Shown piece by piece: positions 39,304 to 44,489 of a stretch of 44,489 nt of DNA. The DNA is from Burkholderiales bacterium. Lineage in GTDB: Bacteria > Pseudomonadota > Gammaproteobacteria > Burkholderiales > SG8-39. How positions within the stretch are numbered: the stretch's first letter is position 1; every line of letters begins with the position of its first letter. The translations under genes and the position numbers were made by a program. Under the pieces are notes generated by a model, which was given only the letters and a program-made list of their open reading frames with translations, was not told the origin of the DNA and made no database searches. The stretch spans positions 1 through 44,489 of the forward strand of contig JBAVOG010000266.1 in assembly GCA_049691875.1 (NCBI GenBank), written 5' to 3'.

Positions 39304-39738
39304 GTGTTCAAGGACATCCTGTTACCGGTCGATCGCGAGCACGAAGCGTCCTGGCAAATGGCGTTGCCCGCGGCAATCGACTACTGCAAGGCGTCGGGCG
39401 CCAGACTTCACGTCCTGACCGTCGTGCCGGGGCTCGGCGTCGGCAATGTTTCGTCTTTCCTGCCAATGGACTTCGAACAGAAGATCCTCGACCAGGCCAG
39501 CCAGTGGATGCACGCGTTCGCCCGCGATCATGTGCCCTCCGGCATCGCCGTCCAGCACATCGTCGGCCACGGCAAGGTACATAGGGAGATCCTTCGCGTA
39601 GCTGCCGAGATCGGCGCAGACCTCATCGTCGTCGGTTCGCACCGCCCGGAGCTGGCCGATCACCTGCTCGGATCGAATGCGGCACATGTGGTGCAGCATG
39701 CGAATTGCTCGGTACTGGTCGTTCGCGCCGCAACGTAG
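39304..39738 (+). CDS. Universal stress protein (UspA family)
   Basis: Starts at GTG 39304 (FKDILLPVD), preceded by AAGGAAG. C-terminal Usp motif IVVGSHRPELADHLLGSNAAHVVQHANCSVLVVR. Only the C-terminal part of the 510-aa track ORF is real. Confidence 0.85.
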   Translation: MFKDILLPVDREHEASWQMALPAAIDYCKASGARLHVLTVVPGLGVGNVSSFLPMDFEQKILDQASQWMHAFARDHVPSGIAVQHIVGHGKVHREILRVAAEIGADLIVVGSHRPELADHLLGSNAAHVVQHANCSVLVVRAAT

Positions 39739-39778
39739 TCCGACTATCGACTGCAGACATTCCGTACGGGCGATCCGC

Positions 39779-41119
39779 TCAGCTGCCTGCCGAAGCGGTA
39801 GCGAGCGTGCGATCCAAAGCGGCGGCGAGCTTTTCCACGATCTCGTCTGCGTGCCCCGTCTCCATGATGAACGGCGGGGCGAGCAGGACGTGATCGCCCC
39901 GCTCACCGTCCAATGTCCCCCCCATCGGGTAGCACATCAGCCCCAGATCCATCGCATGCGCCTTCAGTCGCGAATGCACGCGCAGTGCAGGATCGAACGG
40001 CTCCTTCGTTTCCCGGTCGCGCACGAACTCCACTCCCCAGAACAGCCCTCTGCCCCGTATATCCCCGACATTGGGGTGCCCGGCGAAACGCGCCCGAAGC
40101 GTCTGACCCAGTAGCTCGCCCATTCGCCCGACATTCCCAAGGAGATCGCGGTCGCGTATGGCGTGCTGCACGGCGAGGGCACCGGCACACGCTGCGGCGT
40201 GCCCGAGATACGTGTGGCCATGCTGGAAAAACCCGGTTCCTTCGCGAATCGCCTCGACCAATCGCTCCGACACGATTGTCGCGCCGATGGGTTGATAGCC
40301 GGCGCCGAGTCCCTTTGCGACACACACGATGTCGGGTTCGACTTGTTCCTGCTCGCACGCATACAGGCTGCCCGTGCGTCCCATTCCGCACATGACCTCG
40401 TCGAGAATCAGCAGCACGCCGTGACGGTTGCAGACCTCCCGGATCTTGCGGAAATAGCCGGGTACCGGCGCAACGGCCCCCAGCGTGGCGCCGACCACCG
40501 TTTCCGCGCAGAACGCGATGACACTTTCCGGACCCAGGGTGCGAATGGCCGTATCGAGCTCATCGGCAAGTCGCGTTCCGTAGGCCTCGTCGCTCTCTCC
40601 CGACTGCTTGCCGCGATACGCGTAGCAAGGCGCCACGTGCTCCACCGGAAACAGCAGCGGTGCGTACTGCTTGCGGCGCCCGATATTTCCGCCGGTTGCC
40701 AGCGCGCCCAGTGTGTTGCCGTGATAGCTCTGCAGCCTGGCGATAACGTGCCTTCGCTGCGGCTGCCCGATTTCGACGAAGTACTGTCGCGCCATCTTGA
40801 GCGCGGCCTCGACCGCCTCGGAGCCGCCCGAGACGAAGTAGACGTGACTCATTCCGGTGGGCGCATGAGCGATCAAATCATCCGCCAGCGCTTCCATCGG
40901 CTCGTTGGTGAAGAACGACGTATGCGCGTAAGGCAACCGGTCGAGCTGGGCCTTGATCGCGTCGATCACGCTTCGGTCGGAGTGTCCCAGGCAGGACACG
41001 GCGGCGCCTCCACAGGCGTCCAGGTAACGTCTGCCCGCAGCGTCGACGAGATACATCCCGTCGCCACGGACCGCCAGCGGATAGTTCTGTCGAAGGCTGC
41101 GGTGGAAAACGCGCGTCAT
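39779..41119 (-). CDS. Class III (omega-type) pyridoxal-phosphate-dependent aminotransferase
   Basis: Class-III features: YFVSGGSEAVEAALKMAR, ILDEVMCGMGRTG, and the PLP-lysine region DIVCVAKGLGAGY. ATG 41119 (MTRVFH) is preferred over TTG 41137. Confidence 0.88.
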   Translation of the reverse strand: MTRVFHRSLRQNYPLAVRGDGMYLVDAAGRRYLDACGGAAVSCLGHSDRSVIDAIKAQLDRLPYAHTSFFTNEPMEALADDLIAHAPTGMSHVYFVSGGSEAVEAALKMARQYFVEIGQPQRRHVIARLQSYHGNTLGALATGGNIGRRKQYAPLLFPVEHVAPCYAYRGKQSGESDEAYGTRLADELDTAIRTLGPESVIAFCAETVVGATLGAVAPVPGYFRKIREVCNRHGVLLILDEVMCGMGRTGSLYACEQEQVEPDIVCVAKGLGAGYQPIGATIVSERLVEAIREGTGFFQHGHTYLGHAAACAGALAVQHAIRDRDLLGNVGRMGELLGQTLRARFAGHPNVGDIRGRGLFWGVEFVRDRETKEPFDPALRVHSRLKAHAMDLGLMCYPMGGTLDGERGDHVLLAPPFIMETGHADEIVEKLAAALDRTLATASAGS

Positions 41120-41203
41120 CTTGCCGGATCGAACCAAGCCAAGGCGCCCGGGACCACGAACGCAGGCCGCGCTAAGCAGCCCTTGTCACACGCTCGCTTG
41201 CGC

Positions 41204-43033
41204 TCAGGCTTGCAGATCGAGATGCAACGTCTCGCGGCGGAGCGCAAGTTGCCGGGGCAGCCGGTCCTTCAGCTTTCCCAGCAGCTCGTCGTGCAACGAG
41301 AGCTCGGCTTCCCATTCGTCGGGCTTGATCGAGGTTGCTGACTTGAATTGCTCGCGCGTGAACGCGTCCAGTCCGGACCACTCGAGGTCATCATAGTCGG
41401 GCACCCAGCCAAGCGGCGTCTCGACCGCCTTGGCGCGACCGCTTACGCGCTCGACGATCCATTTCAGCACCCGCATGTTCTCTCCGAAGCCCGGCCAGAT
41501 GAACCGACCCTGGGCATCGGTGCGGAACCAGTTCACCTGGAAGATCTGCGGTCGATGCGGAACGCTCCAACCGAGCTTGAGCCAATGGCCGAAATAGTCG
41601 GCCATGTTGTATCCGACGAAGGGAATCATCGCGAAGGGATCGCGACGCACGACGCCAACCTTGCCAGTCGCGGCAGCAGTGGTTTCCGAGCCCATCGTCG
41701 CAGCCATGTAGACACCGTCCGTCCAGCTGGATGCCTGCACCACGAGCGGCACCGTGTTGGACCGGCGCCCTCCGAATATGAAGGCCGAGATCGGTACGCC
41801 GTCCGGATTTTCCCAGTCCGGATCGATCGACGGGACCTGCGAGGCATGCACCGTGAACCGGGCATTCGGGTGTGCCGCCAGACGACCCGACCCGGGAGTC
41901 CACTCTTCACCGCGCCAGTCGGTCAGCTTGGGCGGCGGTTCCTTCGTCATTCCTTCCCACCACACGTCACCATCCGGGGTCAGCCCGACGTTCGTGAAGA
42001 TCACGTTCGCCCTGAGCGCCGCCATGCAATTCGGATTGGTCTTCTCGGACGTACCGGGTGCGACGCCGAACAGCCCCGACTCGGGGTTGATCGCGTACAG
42101 CCTCCCGTCCTTGCCCGGCTTGATCCACGCGATGTCCTCGCCGATCGTCGTGACTTTCCAGCCCTTGAACGCCGGCGGCGGCACGATCATCGCGAAATTC
42201 GTCTTGCCGCACGCGCTCGGAAAGGCGCCGGTCACGTATCGCTTTTCGCCGGAAGGTGCGGTCACGCCCAGGATCAGCATGTGCTCGGCGAGCCACCCCT
42301 CGTCGCGGCCCATCACCGATGCGATGCGCAGCGCGAGGCACTTTTTCCCGAGTAGTGCATTGCCTCCGTAGCCGGAGCCGAACGACCAGATCTCGCGCGT
42401 CTCCGGGAAATGCACGATGTACTTGTGCTCTTTGCTGCAGGGCCACCTTGCATCGGTTTGTCCCGCTTTGAGCGGCGCGCCGACGGAGTGAACGCACGGC
42501 ACGAACCGGCCGTCGTCGCCAAGCAGGTCCCAGACCTTGGTCGACACCCGTGTCATCAGGTGCATGTTGATCACGACATAGGGCGAGTCCGAAAGCTCGA
42601 TCCCGATGTGCGCGATGTGAGAGCCGAGCGGCCCCATCGAGAACGGCACGACGTACATCGTTCGGCCACGCATGCACCCGTCGAACAGACCGTCGAGCGT
42701 CTCCCGCATCTGCGCGGGCTCGACCCAGTTATTGGTCGGCCCGGCATCCACTTTCCGCGCGCTGCAGATGAACGTACGGTCCTCCATCCGCGCCACGTCG
42801 GTCGGATCGGATAGCGCAAGAAAGCTGTTCGGCCGCTTTGCAGGGTTGAGCCGCTGGAGCATGCCGGACTTGACCATCTCGTCGCACAGTCGGTCGTACT
42901 CCGCCTTGCTCCCATCGCACCATACGATCCGATCGGGCTTGGTCAGCGTTGCAACTTCCGCGACCCATTCCTTCGCGCGGCGATTGCGGATGTAGGGGGG
43001 CACATCGATGTGCGGCGTATACGGCTGATTCAT
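41204..43033 (-). CDS. pckG: Phosphoenolpyruvate carboxykinase (GTP)
   Basis: 609 aa with GTP-PEPCK motifs [15 protein letters not shown] (P-loop) and FPSACGKTN. Confidence 0.95.
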   Translation of the reverse strand: MNQPYTPHIDVPPYIRNRRAKEWVAEVATLTKPDRIVWCDGSKAEYDRLCDEMVKSGMLQRLNPAKRPNSFLALSDPTDVARMEDRTFICSARKVDAGPTNNWVEPAQMRETLDGLFDGCMRGRTMYVVPFSMGPLGSHIAHIGIELSDSPYVVINMHLMTRVSTKVWDLLGDDGRFVPCVHSVGAPLKAGQTDARWPCSKEHKYIVHFPETREIWSFGSGYGGNALLGKKCLALRIASVMGRDEGWLAEHMLILGVTAPSGEKRYVTGAFPSACGKTNFAMIVPPPAFKGWKVTTIGEDIAWIKPGKDGRLYAINPESGLFGVAPGTSEKTNPNCMAALRANVIFTNVGLTPDGDVWWEGMTKEPPPKLTDWRGEEWTPGSGRLAAHPNARFTVHASQVPSIDPDWENPDGVPISAFIFGGRRSNTVPLVVQASSWTDGVYMAATMGSETTAAATGKVGVVRRDPFAMIPFVGYNMADYFGHWLKLGWSVPHRPQIFQVNWFRTDAQGRFIWPGFGENMRVLKWIVERVSGRAKAVETPLGWVPDYDDLEWSGLDAFTREQFKSATSIKPDEWEAELSLHDELLGKLKDRLPRQLALRRETLHLDLQA

Positions 43034-43216
43034 GGTGAATTGCCTCAGACGTCAATGCGGGCGCATGGTGTTGCGCGGGTTTTTCGATGAGCGCCGGTGT
43101 GCGCAGCAAAGCGCTTTCGGTCGCCATGAGGATAGTAAGGTCTTAAATCCTAACACGATTCCATGTTGCGGACGCCGGCGCACCAAATTTGTGACCGGGT
43201 TTTACATTCAACCCCG

Positions 43217-44296
43217 TCACGCGTCCCTGCGCGCGGCACGCAGCGCCTGTTGCACCAGCCGGAATGTCGGCGCCGCCGTCGTCACCAGCATGATCACGCG
43301 CGTGACATGAGCGGCGGTGACCATCGGGACGCCGAGTTGCAACACCTTGGCCGTAATACACATTTCGGCAATGCCCCCCGGTGCGGTCGCCAGAATCATG
43401 GTCGGGACGGCCAGGCCACTTGCCCGCGCGATAACGGCACCGAAGATCGCCGAGAGCCCGATCGCTGCCAGGGTACTCACGCATACGACCAGCGCGAACT
43501 TCGGTGCGCGCCGCATGAATTCCCGCTCGAACCGCGACCCCAGCGCGCAACCGAGCAACAGCTGCCCCGCGTTGCTGAGCGGCGTGGGAACCGCCGACCA
43601 CTCGAGTCCCGAAGCGGTTATCCCGACGGATACCGCGAGGGCCCCCAGCAGCCAGGCATTCGGCAACTTCAGCCTTGACACGAGAAACCCGCCCGCCGCC
43701 GTGCACGCGAAGAGGATGGCGAGTCCTTGCGCGGCGACGTGCTTGCCGACCAGGGTGAACACATCCGATCCGTGCACGCCAACGAAGGTAAATGCGAACG
43801 GCACGAGCACGACGACGAGCAGAATTCGCATCGACTGCGCTAGCGCGATGCGATCGGGCTTCGCTCCGAAGCGCTCGCCGAGAATGGCCATCTCGGTCGC
43901 TCCGCCGGGGACGCTTGCGAAGAACGCCGTAGTGCGGTCGGTATCGGTCAGGCGCGAAATCGGAATGGCGCCGATATAGGCGAGCGCAGTGGCAAAGAGC
44001 GCTGCGGCGATGAGCAATTCCCATCGCCCGAGGACCTCGCGCGCAACTACCGGCGTGAAGTAGAGCCCGAGTGCAGTGGCGATGATGATCTGTCCCGCCT
44101 CGCGCCCGCCGAGCGGTACCGTCACGTCCGCACCGGAAAATCTGAGCAATGCCATTGCGAGCAGAGGTCCGATCATCCATGGAAGCGGCGTCCCGAGCGT
44201 CTGGCATAACGCACCAGCCGTTGCACATGCCGCAAGGCCCGCGATGACCGGCCGACGCGGCCAGCAAGCGATAAGTATCCGCCTCACGCTCCGCAC
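43217..44296 (-). CDS. AbrB-family membrane protein (duplicated AbrB/putative ammonia-monooxygenase-like domain)
   Basis: Polytopic protein with an internally duplicated motif (SVPGGATEM and TAPGGIAEM). Start tentative: GTG 44296 or GTG 44287, 11-20 nt after the mnmE stop. The upstream part of the 405-aa track ORF is an off-frame read of mnmE. Confidence 0.75.
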   Translation of the reverse strand: MRSVRRILIACWPRRPVIAGLAACATAGALCQTLGTPLPWMIGPLLAMALLRFSGADVTVPLGGREAGQIIIATALGLYFTPVVAREVLGRWELLIAAALFATALAYIGAIPISRLTDTDRTTAFFASVPGGATEMAILGERFGAKPDRIALAQSMRILLVVVLVPFAFTFVGVHGSDVFTLVGKHVAAQGLAILFACTAAGGFLVSRLKLPNAWLLGALAVSVGITASGLEWSAVPTPLSNAGQLLLGCALGSRFEREFMRRAPKFALVVCVSTLAAIGLSAIFGAVIARASGLAVPTMILATAPGGIAEMCITAKVLQLGVPMVTAAHVTRVIMLVTTAAPTFRLVQQALRAARRDA

Positions 44297-44306
44297 TGCC
44301 GGGACG

Positions 44307-44489
44307 TCACTTGCCGATGCAGAACCGCGCGAAGATCTCACCCAGAAGATCGTCGGCGGTGAATTTTCCGGTGACGCCTTCCAGGTCGCGCTGCGCAAGG
44401 CGCAATTCCTCGGCAAAGAGCTCGGGCTCCCCAAAAGCGCTCTCTGCTGCCGCGAGCCGCTTGGCCGCCTGGCGCAACGCGTCCAGATG
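44307..44489 (-). CDS. mnmE: tRNA modification GTPase MnmE (TrmE), C-terminal 60 codons; the rest lies beyond the window
   Basis: Not in the ORF track because it has no start in the window. Hand translation of the minus strand gives ...[38 protein letters not shown], ending in the invariant MnmE C-terminal FCIGK motif. Confidence 0.85.
   Translation of the reverse strand, partial: HLDALRQAAKRLAAAESAFGEPELFAEELRLAQRDLEGVTGKFTADDLLGEIFARFCIGK

Noticed and set aside
40163-41341. 392-aa plus-strand ORF; also the 335-aa plus-strand ORF at 41348-42355 and the 374-aa minus-strand ORF at 43143-44267
   Set aside because: They are antisense or off-frame relative to the aminotransferase, pckG and AbrB-family genes.

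Overview
High-GC proteobacterial chromosome segment, probably betaproteobacterial judging from the AtpD sequence and gene order; that assignment is inference. It is origin-proximal: on the minus strand it carries the 3-prime end of mnmE, then mnmG-rsmG-parA-parB and the complete atpIBEFHAGDC operon. Two consensus parS sites and one perfect DnaA box lie upstream of mnmG. The conserved backbone is interrupted twice. About 9 kb sits between mnmE and mnmG (AbrB-family membrane protein, GTP-PEPCK, class-III aminotransferase, Usp, TAXI-type TRAP transporter). Three genes sit between parB and atpI (outer-membrane barrel, HDAC-like deacetylase, FAH-family hydrolase). Downstream of atpC come glpD, a HAD-IIB phosphatase, a radical-SAM gene and a TauE/SafE exporter. 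The left 16 kb is an uptake/catabolism region. It holds a PdxA-like dehydrogenase, CaiB-type CoA-transferase, DctPQM TRAP system and MatB-like acyl-CoA synthetase on the plus strand. It also holds a Liv-type ABC importer divergent from a two-subunit Rieske oxygenase, and a second DctPQM system. The most unusual feature is the radical-SAM (SPASM/twitch-like) gene. It appears lower in GC than its neighbours, is bracketed by perfect 25-bp direct repeats that duplicate the HAD-stop/tauE-leader junction, and is preceded by a tightly coupled 18-codon ORF. I saw no rRNA, tRNA, CRISPR array, transposase or integrase. Many long ORFs in the track are antisense or off-frame artefacts of the high GC content. 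All family assignments come from motifs read by eye; no searches were run.
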